A DNA stretch of 20,276 bases, taken from Archangiaceae bacterium. GTDB taxonomy: Bacteria > Myxococcota > Myxococcia > Myxococcales > Myxococcaceae. Below are positions 1 through 7,877 of this stretch, piece by piece. Both the position numbers and the translations under genes were made by a program. How positions within the stretch are numbered: position 1 is the stretch's first letter; every line of letters begins with the position of its first letter. A model generated the notes under the pieces. It made no database searches. It saw nothing but the letters and a program-made list of their open reading frames with translations, and was not told the DNA's origin. The stretch is taken from positions 1 to 20,276 of the forward strand of contig JAYVCD010000131.1 of assembly GCA_043750125.1 (NCBI GenBank). The letters run 5' to 3'.

Positions 1-1514
1 CGGTGCTCAAAGAGCTCAAGCTCTTCGGCACCAACGCCGTCTCGCCTGAGATCACCGAAGTGCTGGCGAAAGTGAATTACCACCGCGGAAATCACACCAC
101 GACCGCCAGCTTCATTCACGCCTCGGACGGCCTGGATTTCATCGTCAAGCCGGGCGAGCAGCTGCTGGTGAATTTTGCAGGCGGGCTGAAAATTTCGAAC
201 ACCGCCCAGCTGGTGATTCTGCAGCACCGGGTGGACCTCGCCGGCGACACCGAGGTCGAGATCACCGGCGCCTATACCCACGATCACAACACCCTCGCCG
301 TGGTCCCCGGAAAAGTGGGCGAGGTCGAAGTCCCGGGCAGCGGCCGCAAATTTTCCAGCGACGCCTCGCGCGACGACTTCCTGGTGAAGGGCGATTTGAA
401 GTGGGCCCATTCGGAAAAAAACCGCACCGGCCTGGGAGCGCAGTACTCGCGCCGGTCCCTCGGGCTGTCCGGCGAAGTCACCGACGCGAGATCCACCGCC
501 CCGTGGACCAACGCTCCCTTCGTCGAGACCTACCTTCCGTACGTGAACATCAACCCCAACGTGCTGCGCAACCTGTTTGCCCTTTACGCCGAGCACACCT
601 GGCGGCCGACCGAAGCCTTCAGCCTCGAGGGCGGGGGGCGCGCCCAGCTCGATGTCAGCAGTGGTCAGCTCAGCGGCTCGGCGCGGCTGGCCGCGGCAGT
701 GTCACTGCCGATCAAGACCGTGCTCAAGGCCTCGGTGGGCGTGGCGGCCCAGCCTTCACTGATTCCCATTCAGCTCGACCCCGTTCTGGGAAACCCGGGG
801 TTGCTGCCCGAGCGCTCGTTCACGGCGATCGTGGGCCTCGAGCAGCCGCTGCCGTTCGAAGCCCTGCTGCGGCTCGAAGGTTGGGTGAAATACCTCGACC
901 AACTGGTTGTCAACCCCGACACCCCCGAGCGCCTGGCCGAGCTGCAAGCCGCAGGTACCCCCGTCTACCAGAACCTGGGAACAGGCCTGGCCAAGGGCGT
1001 CGATCTGCTCTTTCTTGGCCGCACCCGATATTTTTCCTACGGCGCGTCGATGGCGCTGCTGTTCTCCGACCGCCACAACCCGCTGGCCCAGGTCACCCAG
1101 GACTACCCCGCCCCTTGGGACCAACGCTTCACCCTCGCCGCCCACGTCTCGTTCTCGCCCAACAACAAGTGGCTCTTCACCACCCGTTTCAACTACCGCA
1201 CCGGCCGGCCCTACACCCCGGTGATTGCGTTTGAGCGCGATGAAGCCAATCAACGCTTCGTGCCGGTCTTCGGCAGCACCAACGCCAACCGCTACCCCGG
1301 GTTCTACGAATTCAACGCCCGCGCCGAACGGCGGTTTCGCGCCGGGCCCCTGGACCTGGCCGTCTATCTCGAGGTGCTGAACGTCACCAACTCGACCAAC
1401 CTGTTCGCGCGGATCTACGACCAGGGGGACTTCGCCAACAACGTCGAGCCCGTCGCCAGCCCTTTCAACCACCTGCCCATTCGCCCCTTCCTCGGAGTGC
1501 GCGCTGAGTACTGA
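1..1514 (+). CDS. TonB-dependent outer membrane receptor, C-terminal beta-barrel part (5' truncated by window edge)
   Basis: 503-aa frame open from the window start. It has amphipathic beta-strand patterns, GNPxLxPE ('LGNPGLLPERS'), 'YRTGRPYTP', 'YLEVLNVTN' and a C-terminal 'LPIRPFLGVRAEY' ending in an aromatic residue, as is typical of TonB-dependent receptors. Confidence 0.85.
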   Translation, partial: VLKELKLFGTNAVSPEITEVLAKVNYHRGNHTTTASFIHASDGLDFIVKPGEQLLVNFAGGLKISNTAQLVILQHRVDLAGDTEVEITGAYTHDHNTLAVVPGKVGEVEVPGSGRKFSSDASRDDFLVKGDLKWAHSEKNRTGLGAQYSRRSLGLSGEVTDARSTAPWTNAPFVETYLPYVNINPNVLRNLFALYAEHTWRPTEAFSLEGGGRAQLDVSSGQLSGSARLAAAVSLPIKTVLKASVGVAAQPSLIPIQLDPVLGNPGLLPERSFTAIVGLEQPLPFEALLRLEGWVKYLDQLVVNPDTPERLAELQAAGTPVYQNLGTGLAKGVDLLFLGRTRYFSYGASMALLFSDRHNPLAQVTQDYPAPWDQRFTLAAHVSFSPNNKWLFTTRFNYRTGRPYTPVIAFERDEANQRFVPVFGSTNANRYPGFYEFNARAERRFRAGPLDLAVYLEVLNVTNSTNLFARIYDQGDFANNVEPVASPFNHLPIRPFLGVRAEY

Positions 1515-2649
1515 GCCTTCCCCCTCGCTGCCGCGACCCCGGGCCCTGGGGTTTGCCGCCAAACTGCGCCGAGGCTGGCGGGCGCTGAAGAATGAACAGT
1601 CGTCACCGACGCGGCTCGGGGTAGCGGTGGGGCTCGGGGTGCTGGTGGGCTGCAGCCCGGCGTACATGTTTCAGATGCTGCTCGCCGTCCTGCTCGCGCA
1701 GGTCCTGAAGCTCAACAAGCTGGCGGTGCTGGCGGGAGTGCAGATTTCCGCGCCACCCCTCACTCCGCTGGTGGTGATCGCCAGCATCAAGCTCGGCCAC
1801 TGGCTGCTCAAGGGCACGTGGATCAGCCTGACCCTCGAAGGGGTTCAGAAAATTCCCCGCTGGGAACTGTTGAAGACCTTTTCCGCCAGCCTCGCCGTCG
1901 GCGGAATGACGTTGGGCGTGGGCCTCGGGCTGGTCCTCGGCACCGCGACCGCCTGGATTCTCAAGCAGCGCCGCCAGCAAGACCTGAAGCAACCCCCGCT
2001 GACCGACGATGAAATGGACACCCTGTACGAAGGGTTGGCGCGCCTGCCGCGCCAGTTTCGTCACTACGGCGCCTGGAAGGTTCGGCTGGATCCCGTCTAC
2101 CCGCTCGCGCTGCCGCTGTTGGCCTATTCCCAGCGGGTCGTCGACCTCGGCGCGGGAATGGGTCTGCTCGGCCTGCTGATTCATGCGCGGTTTCCTGCAA
2201 TCCACGTTCGCTGTGTGGAATGGGACGCCTCGAAGGTCGAGATCGCGCGGGTACTGCTCGACTGCGCCCCGGGCACCCTGGACGTCGAGCAGGGCGACGC
2301 GCGTTCCGTTCCGCTCGGCTCGCCCGACGCCATCTGCCTGTTCGATGTCCTTCATTACTCACCCATCGAAGAGCAGCGCGCCTGGCTCACCCGCTGTGCG
2401 GCCGCATTGGCTCCCGGGGGACTGTTGATGGTGCGCGAGCTGGATCCCGAGCGCGGCCGCTGGGGTCTGGCCGAAAAGATCGAACGCAACGCAGTCAAGC
2501 GGGGGTGGAACCAGGGCTCCGGGGTTCACGCCTGGCCGATTTCCAAACTTGCGCAGGCTTTGCGCGACTTGGGGCTCGCCGTCGAGGTCACCCCCGCCGG
2601 ACGGGGGTTGTTCAGCGCCAACGCGCTCGTCGTGGCTCGCAAGCCTTGA
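1504..2649 (+). CDS. DUF2062-domain membrane protein fused to a class I SAM-dependent methyltransferase (start uncertain; first canonical start is GTG 1627, probable CTG start at 1504)
   Basis: N-terminus 'ALKNEQSSPTRLGVAVGLGVLVGCSP...Q...LKLNKLAVLAGVQIS.PP..P' resembles DUF2062. The C-terminal half has SAM motif I 'VVDLGAGMG', 'VEWD', 'QGDAR', 'LFDVLHY' and 'LAPGGLL'. The frame is open from 1381 with no ATG/GTG/TTG until 1627. Confidence 0.75.
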   Translation: MSTEPSPSLPRPRALGFAAKLRRGWRALKNEQSSPTRLGVAVGLGVLVGCSPAYMFQMLLAVLLAQVLKLNKLAVLAGVQISAPPLTPLVVIASIKLGHWLLKGTWISLTLEGVQKIPRWELLKTFSASLAVGGMTLGVGLGLVLGTATAWILKQRRQQDLKQPPLTDDEMDTLYEGLARLPRQFRHYGAWKVRLDPVYPLALPLLAYSQRVVDLGAGMGLLGLLIHARFPAIHVRCVEWDASKVEIARVLLDCAPGTLDVEQGDARSVPLGSPDAICLFDVLHYSPIEEQRAWLTRCAAALAPGGLLMVRELDPERGRWGLAEKIERNAVKRGWNQGSGVHAWPISKLAQALRDLGLAVEVTPAGRGLFSANALVVARKP

Positions 2650-2666
2650 AGAGCCGGGGTTAGATT

Positions 2667-3641
2667 GTGACTGTGAACACCTTCGCTGCCCAGGCTGCCG
2701 AGTCGATTGTCCTTCTTCAATTCGGCAAGGCCTACGGCATCGGGTTCGTCGCCTCAGACGATGGAATGGTCGTCACCAGCCTTCACGTCGTGATGGGAGA
2801 AAAAAAAGTCACCGCGCACCTTTCCGATGGTCGCAAGGTCGACGTGCGCCAGGTGGGCGGGCTCGACACCAAGCGAGATCTCGCGGTGCTCAAGCTCGAG
2901 GCTCCCGGCCTGCCCTCGCTCAAGCGTGGGCCGGCCCGACTGGTCGAAGAGGGCACTGAGGTGATCGTCTTCGGAATGGTCGAGGAAGGAAAACGCACCC
3001 GCTGGACCCAGGCCAAGGTGTCCGCGGTTCAGGTATTGGGCGGCTGGCTCACCATCTACCGCCTCGAGGGTGAGTTGCCCGCAGACGCCTCGGGAGGACC
3101 TTTGCTGTCGGCCACCGGCGAAGTGCTCGGGGTCGTCACCGTCGCCGAGACTGAAGAAGGCACCGCGGTGTTGGGGGTGCCCTTGAAGTACGTCACCCCG
3201 ATGCTTGACGAAAAGGTGTTTCGGCCGCTGACCGCTCTGGCCCCTCCGCGGAATATCGCCGCTGCAGAGCGCGAGATTCCGGATCATCCGATCACGATTC
3301 TCGAAGGCTCGAGCGCCAGTGGGCTCGAGACGATGATGGAATCGATCGCCAGCGCGATTTCCGTCGGCGCTCCCGCCTACAACCAGGGAAACATCGAGGC
3401 CTGCTACCGGGTGTACCGCGAGACGGCCCGTCGGCTGATCGCCGAGCATGAGAACTGCCCCGGGCCCCGAAGGGCGCTCGAGCAGGGCCTGCGTCGGGCC
3501 GCCGCGAAGAAGGACGTCGATGCGCGGGCGTGGGCGATGCGCGACGCGTTCGATGGGCTGATGGCGGTGATGGAAAAGTTTTTCAAGGCCCACGCTTCAG
3601 CAATGAGGAAAGGGAAGTCGAAGCCGAAGCTGTTGAACTGA
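2667..3641 (+). CDS. Trypsin-like (S1C/HtrA-like) serine protease domain plus a C-terminal helical domain of unknown function; no PDZ domain
   Basis: 'GIGFV', His motif 'VVTSLHVV', Asp motif 'RDLAVLKL' and Ser motif 'DASGGPLL...GEVLGV'. C-terminal region 'AISVGAPAYNQGNIEACYRVY...AWAMRDAFD'. Confidence 0.8.
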   Translation: MTVNTFAAQAAESIVLLQFGKAYGIGFVASDDGMVVTSLHVVMGEKKVTAHLSDGRKVDVRQVGGLDTKRDLAVLKLEAPGLPSLKRGPARLVEEGTEVIVFGMVEEGKRTRWTQAKVSAVQVLGGWLTIYRLEGELPADASGGPLLSATGEVLGVVTVAETEEGTAVLGVPLKYVTPMLDEKVFRPLTALAPPRNIAAAEREIPDHPITILEGSSASGLETMMESIASAISVGAPAYNQGNIEACYRVYRETARRLIAEHENCPGPRRALEQGLRRAAAKKDVDARAWAMRDAFDGLMAVMEKFFKAHASAMRKGKSKPKLLN

Positions 3642-3654
3642 CATTCCACCCCCC

Positions 3655-4143
3655 ATGGGTCGCTACGACGCGTTGCAAGCCGAGGTGCTGGTCTTCACTT
3701 TCAAGGCCGGTGCTCTCTCGGCCCTGGCCCATGATCTGAAGCTCAGAGTGTCCACGCTGCAGCTCGAGACGACGGCCGACAGCGTCAGCGCGACATTCGA
3801 GGCAAAGGCGCTGCGGGTCATCTGTCCTCGAAAGGACGGTCGAGACCACCCCGGGCTGCTGCCAACGAGGCTCTACGCAGAAATCGAAAAGAACATCGTC
3901 AAAGACGTGCTCGAGGCCGCGAAGTTCCCCCAGATTCGATTTCAGTCCACCGCAATCACTGCAGCCGAGGTGGTCGGGCAGCTGACCCTGCACGGCGTCA
4001 CCCGGGAAGTTCGCGGCACCCGCGCGGCCGATGGGCTCGTCGAGGTCCGGCTCGATCAGCGCGACTTCGGGATCAAACCCTACAGCGCGATGTTGGGCAC
4101 CCTGAAGGTGAAGAGCGAAGTGGTGGTCACGGTGCGCCTCTAG
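3655..4143 (+). CDS. YceI-family lipid/polyisoprenoid-binding protein
   Basis: YceI motifs 'VLEAAKFPQIRFQST', 'GQLTLHGVTREV' and 'DFGIKPYS...LKVKSEV'. Confidence 0.85.
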   Translation: MGRYDALQAEVLVFTFKAGALSALAHDLKLRVSTLQLETTADSVSATFEAKALRVICPRKDGRDHPGLLPTRLYAEIEKNIVKDVLEAAKFPQIRFQSTAITAAEVVGQLTLHGVTREVRGTRAADGLVEVRLDQRDFGIKPYSAMLGTLKVKSEVVVTVRL

Positions 4144-4633
4144 CCTGCGAGCAAGGCGGGGTTGCGACGCCCCACCCCGGCGTTCACCGTTCCGGCAAAC
4201 AGCAGCCAGCCCAGGTACGGCATCATCAGCCATGCCGCGGTCGGGTCCACCGTGCGACCCGCGCGGTGTACGCGGCCAGACTTGCGAAGTTCAACCCCAG
4301 GTCCACCATCGCCGCCCGCGCCTTGTGCTGCCCGAAGAACAACGGAGTCCAGGCGGCGTTGAAGCCCAGCTGCTCTCCTCACAACCCGAGGGTGACCCTG
4401 GATCCCCGGGTCGCGCGCTGCTTCCAGGCGCGGTACCCCGAGTAGGCGCTCATCGCGTAGAGCACCGGCCAGACGAGGCCGAAGACGCGGTCGGGTGGGG
4501 TTTGGGGCGGCTTTCGCAACAGCCGGTACCAGAGCTTTTTCGGCGAGGCCGTCACGACCCCGGCTCCCCACCCGGCAGCGGCGGCACTGAGCGCGGCGAA
4601 AGTACCCAGCGCGACAGCTTCGGAAGTCTTCAT
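4140..4633 (-). pseudogene. tspO: TspO/MBR tryptophan-rich sensory protein, disrupted by an in-frame TGA (4379-4381) and a frameshift near 4250-4264
   Basis: AAGGAG RBS and ATG at 4633, then 'WYRLLRKPPQTPPDRVFGLVWPVLY' and 'LGL*GEQLGFNAAWTPLFFG' (stop at a usual Trp position). The terminal 'VDPTAAWLMMPYLGWLLFAGTVN' lies in a different frame ending at 4140. Confidence 0.88.
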
Positions 4634-4733
4634 GTGTGATCTCCTTTGCCCAGACAGGCTGCTCAACGCATGCCACCGCGCCGACGCGAAGGGGTGGTGA
4701 GCGTCCAGCGGCCGAGTTAAGTCCCCGCTCCAA

Positions 4734-6371
4734 ATGATCCACGGAAACGTCCGCGTCCCCACCCCGATCAACGAGCCGGTTCGCACCTACGCACCGGGAG
4801 ACTCCGAGCGGGCCGAGGTGAAAGACGCGCTGAAGAAGCTCTCGGCTGAGAAGCTCGACATTCCGGTGGTGATCGGCGGCAAAGAGATTCGCACCGGAAA
4901 GCTGGTTCAAGCTTTCTCACCCCATCGCCATCAGCACGTGACCGCTGACGTGCATCAGGCCTCGGCGGCCCACGTCGAGCAGGCGATCGCCGCTGCGATG
5001 GCCGCGAAGGCCGAATGGAGCGTCACTCCCTTCCACGAGCGGGCGGCGATCTTCCTGCGTGCCGCCGAGCTGCTGGCGACGAAGTACCGGCCCATCATCA
5101 ACGCGGCGACGATGCTCGGGCAGTCCAAGACCGTGTACCAGGCCGAGATCGACGCCGCGTGCGAAGCGATCGACTTTCTGCGCTTCAACGTTCACTTCGC
5201 GCAAACGTTGCTCGAACAGCAGCCCGTTTCCAGCGCCGGAGTGTGGAACCAGACCGACTACCGCCCGCTCGACGGGTTCGTCTTTGCGGTGGCGCCTTTC
5301 AACTTCACGGCCATCGCACTCAACTTGTGCACCGCCCCCGCCTTGATGGGGAATACGGTGGTGCTCAAGCCGGCCCAGACCGCCGTGCTCAGCGCGTGGC
5401 GCATCATGGAACTGTTGAAGGAAGCAGGCCTTCCGGATGGAGTGATCAACTTCGTCCCCGCTCCAGGCGCGCAGATTGGCGGTGCCGTCCTCGCAAGCCC
5501 GGACCTGGGCGGGGTCCACTTCACCGGCAGCACCAACACCTTCAACGGAATGTGGAAGTCGGTCGGCGAGAACATCTCGCGCTACAAGCAGTACCCGCGG
5601 CTGGTCGGCGAGACCGGCGGAAAGGACTTCATCTTCGTCCACCCGTCCGCCGACGGAGATCTCGACGCAGTGACCACGGCGATCGTCCGCGGCGGCTACG
5701 AGTACCAGGGGCAGAAGTGCAGCGCGTGCTCGCGGGTCTACGTGCCGCAAAGCCTGTGGTCCCGGCTCGAAGGCAAGCTGGTGGCGGCGATCAACGAGCT
5801 CAAAGTGGGCGACGTGGCCGACTTCCGTAATTTCATGGGCGCGGTCATCGACGAGAAGTCTTTCGTCAACGCCAGCAACTACCTCGAGCTGGCGAAATCC
5901 GGCTCGGACGCGAAGATTCTCGCGGGCGGCCAGGCGGACCGCAAAGAGGGGTGGTTCATTCGCCCGACGTTGGTCCGCTGCATGACCCCGCGGCATCGGG
6001 TCATGCTCGAAGAGATCTTCGCGCCGATCGTCGGCCTCTACGTCTACCCGGACGATCAGTATCTCGAGACCCTGCGCGAGTGCGATCAGTCGGCCGCCTA
6101 CGCCTTGACCGGAGCCATCTTCGCGCGTGACCGCAAGGCGATTGCCCTCGCGTCCGACGTGCTGCGCCACGCGGCGGGAAATTTCTACATCAACGACAAG
6201 TGCACCGGAGCCGTCGTCGGCCAGCAGCCGTTCGGAGGAAGCCGCGCCAGTGGGACCAATGACAAGGCCGGCTCGATGTTCAACCTGATGCGTTGGACCA
6301 GCCCCCGGACGATCAAGGAAACCTTCGTCCCTGCGACCTCGGTCGGCTACCCCTTCATGGGCGCCGAATAG
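4734..6371 (+). CDS. pruA: L-glutamate gamma-semialdehyde dehydrogenase (delta-1-pyrroline-5-carboxylate dehydrogenase)
   Basis: ALDH4-type motifs: 'NEPVRTYAPG', 'AATMLGQSK...QAEID', 'PFNFTAI', 'HFTGS', 'PRLVGETGGKDF', catalytic Cys in 'EYQGQKCSACSR', 'GNFYINDK.TGAVVGQQPFGG.RASGTNDKAGS'. Confidence 0.95.
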   Translation: MIHGNVRVPTPINEPVRTYAPGDSERAEVKDALKKLSAEKLDIPVVIGGKEIRTGKLVQAFSPHRHQHVTADVHQASAAHVEQAIAAAMAAKAEWSVTPFHERAAIFLRAAELLATKYRPIINAATMLGQSKTVYQAEIDAACEAIDFLRFNVHFAQTLLEQQPVSSAGVWNQTDYRPLDGFVFAVAPFNFTAIALNLCTAPALMGNTVVLKPAQTAVLSAWRIMELLKEAGLPDGVINFVPAPGAQIGGAVLASPDLGGVHFTGSTNTFNGMWKSVGENISRYKQYPRLVGETGGKDFIFVHPSADGDLDAVTTAIVRGGYEYQGQKCSACSRVYVPQSLWSRLEGKLVAAINELKVGDVADFRNFMGAVIDEKSFVNASNYLELAKSGSDAKILAGGQADRKEGWFIRPTLVRCMTPRHRVMLEEIFAPIVGLYVYPDDQYLETLRECDQSAAYALTGAIFARDRKAIALASDVLRHAAGNFYINDKCTGAVVGQQPFGGSRASGTNDKAGSMFNLMRWTSPRTIKETFVPATSVGYPFMGAE

Positions 6372-6469
6372 TCCGCCCCGCGTGGCCGAGTCGTCCTTCG
6401 CACCTCGCCGGGCCGGCCCGCGGTTGTGCCGCGCGCAAGGGTTGACGTACGAGTAGCTTCCTGGCCCCG

Positions 6470-6913
6470 ATGAAGAAGTCCCCTACCGTCACGACCGAGT
6501 CGCTCAAGAGCACCATTCGCGGAGCGGGGCTGCGCAGCACCTCGCCGCGCCTGGTGGTGTTGCGCAGGCTGTTCGAGGCGACGACTCCGGTTTCCCACTC
6601 CGAGCTGTTCGAAGGCCTGTCGGCCGAAGGGCTCGACCGGACCACCGTCTACCGGAACCTGGTCGACTTGACCCAGGCGGGCCTGGTCGAACGCACCGAC
6701 CTGGGCGATCACGTCTGGCGGTTCGAGCTCAAGCGCATTCGGCCCGGCACCGGCCTTCCGGGCCACGTGCATTTTTTCTGCACCGGCTGCGGCATCGTTT
6801 CTTGTCTGGACGAAGTCGAAGTGAAGGTGAAACCGGGGAAAGGAGCTCCCCGGGCGATCACCCGGCAGCAGGTCGAAGTGCAGCTGCGCGGCTTGTGTGA
6901 CCAATGCGAGTGA
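6470..6913 (+). CDS. Fur-family metal-responsive transcriptional regulator
   Basis: 'GLRSTSPRLVVL', recognition helix 'DRTTVYRNLVDL..AGLV', 'HVHFFCTGC' and C-terminal 'GLCDQC' (two CxxC motifs for structural Zn). Confidence 0.9.
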   Translation: MKKSPTVTTESLKSTIRGAGLRSTSPRLVVLRRLFEATTPVSHSELFEGLSAEGLDRTTVYRNLVDLTQAGLVERTDLGDHVWRFELKRIRPGTGLPGHVHFFCTGCGIVSCLDEVEVKVKPGKGAPRAITRQQVEVQLRGLCDQCE

Positions 6914-7493
6914 AGCCCTTTTTCACCCCGTGAAGGACTACCGGTTTCCTTTCGATGAGCAGCTGCTGCTCGCGCTCAACGGGCTGGGCTGGGGCTGGCT
7001 CGACGCGGTGTGGATCGCAGCGTCCACCCGGATCTTCGGCGTCGGTTCGGCGGTGCTGTTCGGACTCTGGCTGCTCGTCACCCTGAAACGAAGGGCATTG
7101 AGGCCCGTGCTTCAGGCGGCTTTCGCGAGCCTCTTTGCCGACAGCCTGGGGCACCTGGTGTTGAAACCTTTTTTCGGGCGTCTGCGACCGCACCTTGCAC
7201 TGCCCGAAGGTGTCGTCCGACATTGGGCCGAAGCTGCGGCGAGCGGACCGTCGATGCCCAGCCTGCATGCCGCAACCAGCTTTGCATTCGCAGTGGGACT
7301 CGGCCGGGTCTTGCCGGGGACTCTGCGCTTCACGCTGCCCGTCGCAGTGTTGATCTCGGTCAGCCGAATCGCCGTCGGCGTTCACTGGCCCAGCGACGTC
7401 CTCGCGGGTGCACTCTATGGGTCCCTGGTCGCGCTGGGGGTGGATGCCTTCGTTCAGCGTGCATGGCCCGCGCGTGGCGCGCTGGCGAGCTGA
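6897..7493 (+). CDS. PAP2-family membrane phosphatase (undecaprenyl-pyrophosphate phosphatase-like); alternative start GTG 6930
   Basis: Three PAP2 motifs 'KPFFGRLRP', 'SMPSLHA' and 'SRIAVGVHWPSD', plus several hydrophobic helices. Confidence 0.9.
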   Translation: MTNASEALFHPVKDYRFPFDEQLLLALNGLGWGWLDAVWIAASTRIFGVGSAVLFGLWLLVTLKRRALRPVLQAAFASLFADSLGHLVLKPFFGRLRPHLALPEGVVRHWAEAAASGPSMPSLHAATSFAFAVGLGRVLPGTLRFTLPVAVLISVSRIAVGVHWPSDVLAGALYGSLVALGVDAFVQRAWPARGALAS

Positions 7494-7630
7494 AGCCTCG
7501 CGCACTGCTCCACCAGGGTGTTCGGCTGATGAGGCAGCAGCCAGATGTTGACCACCTGCACCATCAAGAACAGCCAGAGGCCCAGCACCATCGGCAGCGG
7601 CCACAACGCACCATCAATTGAAGTTTTCAT
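7454..7630 (-). CDS. Putative small single-pass membrane protein (58 aa from ATG 7630)
   Basis: MKTSIDGALWPLPMVLGLWLFLMVQVVNIWLLPHQP... has one strong hydrophobic segment and mostly fills an otherwise empty gap. The SD is weak (GAAGTGGA) and the ORF overlaps the PAP2 3' end by 40 nt. Confidence 0.4.
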   Translation of the reverse strand: MKTSIDGALWPLPMVLGLWLFLMVQVVNIWLLPHQPNTLVEQCARLQLASAPRAGHAR

Positions 7631-7759
7631 GATCCACTTCGTAAAGGACGCGCGCTGGGGTCGGTAGACGGCGCGCACGCAGCACGCTCATGCGTCGCAG
7701 GCATGAGGCAGGTGGACTAGAGCGCAGTGATGGACCGCCTAGGCACCCCAGGTGTGCGC

Positions 7760-7794
7760 CGAGGCAGTTTGTCTCACTGTGACAACTGGCCACC
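7760..7794 (+). promoter_or_regulatory. Putative tandem upstream activator sequence (enhancer-binding-protein sites)
   Basis: CGAGGC-AGTTT-GTCTCA-C-TGTGAC-AACTG-GCCACC, which also contains the palindrome TTGTC-N7-GACAA (7769-7785). It lies 55-90 bp upstream of the -24 element and resembles 19320-19355. Confidence 0.5.
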
Positions 7795-7848
7795 TTGGGC
7801 CACGAGCGCCAGAGCACGGTGTCTCCGGGCGGGGGCTTTTGTCCCAAT

Positions 7849-7864
7849 TGGCATTGAGCTTGCT
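7849..7864 (+). promoter_or_regulatory. sigma54 (RpoN) -24/-12 promoter of the NtrC-family gene
   Basis: TGGCATT-GAGC-TTGCT matches consensus TGGCACG-N4-TTGCW with exact GG-N10-GC spacing, directly upstream of the gene. Confidence 0.8.
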
Positions 7865-7877
7865 GTGAGCCGTTGCC

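Noticed and set aside
4379-4381. TGA recoding (Trp or selenocysteine) in tspO
   Set aside because: TGA terminates several intact genes here (for example 1514, 2649, 3641), the site corresponds to Trp rather than Cys, and a separate frameshift also breaks the gene.
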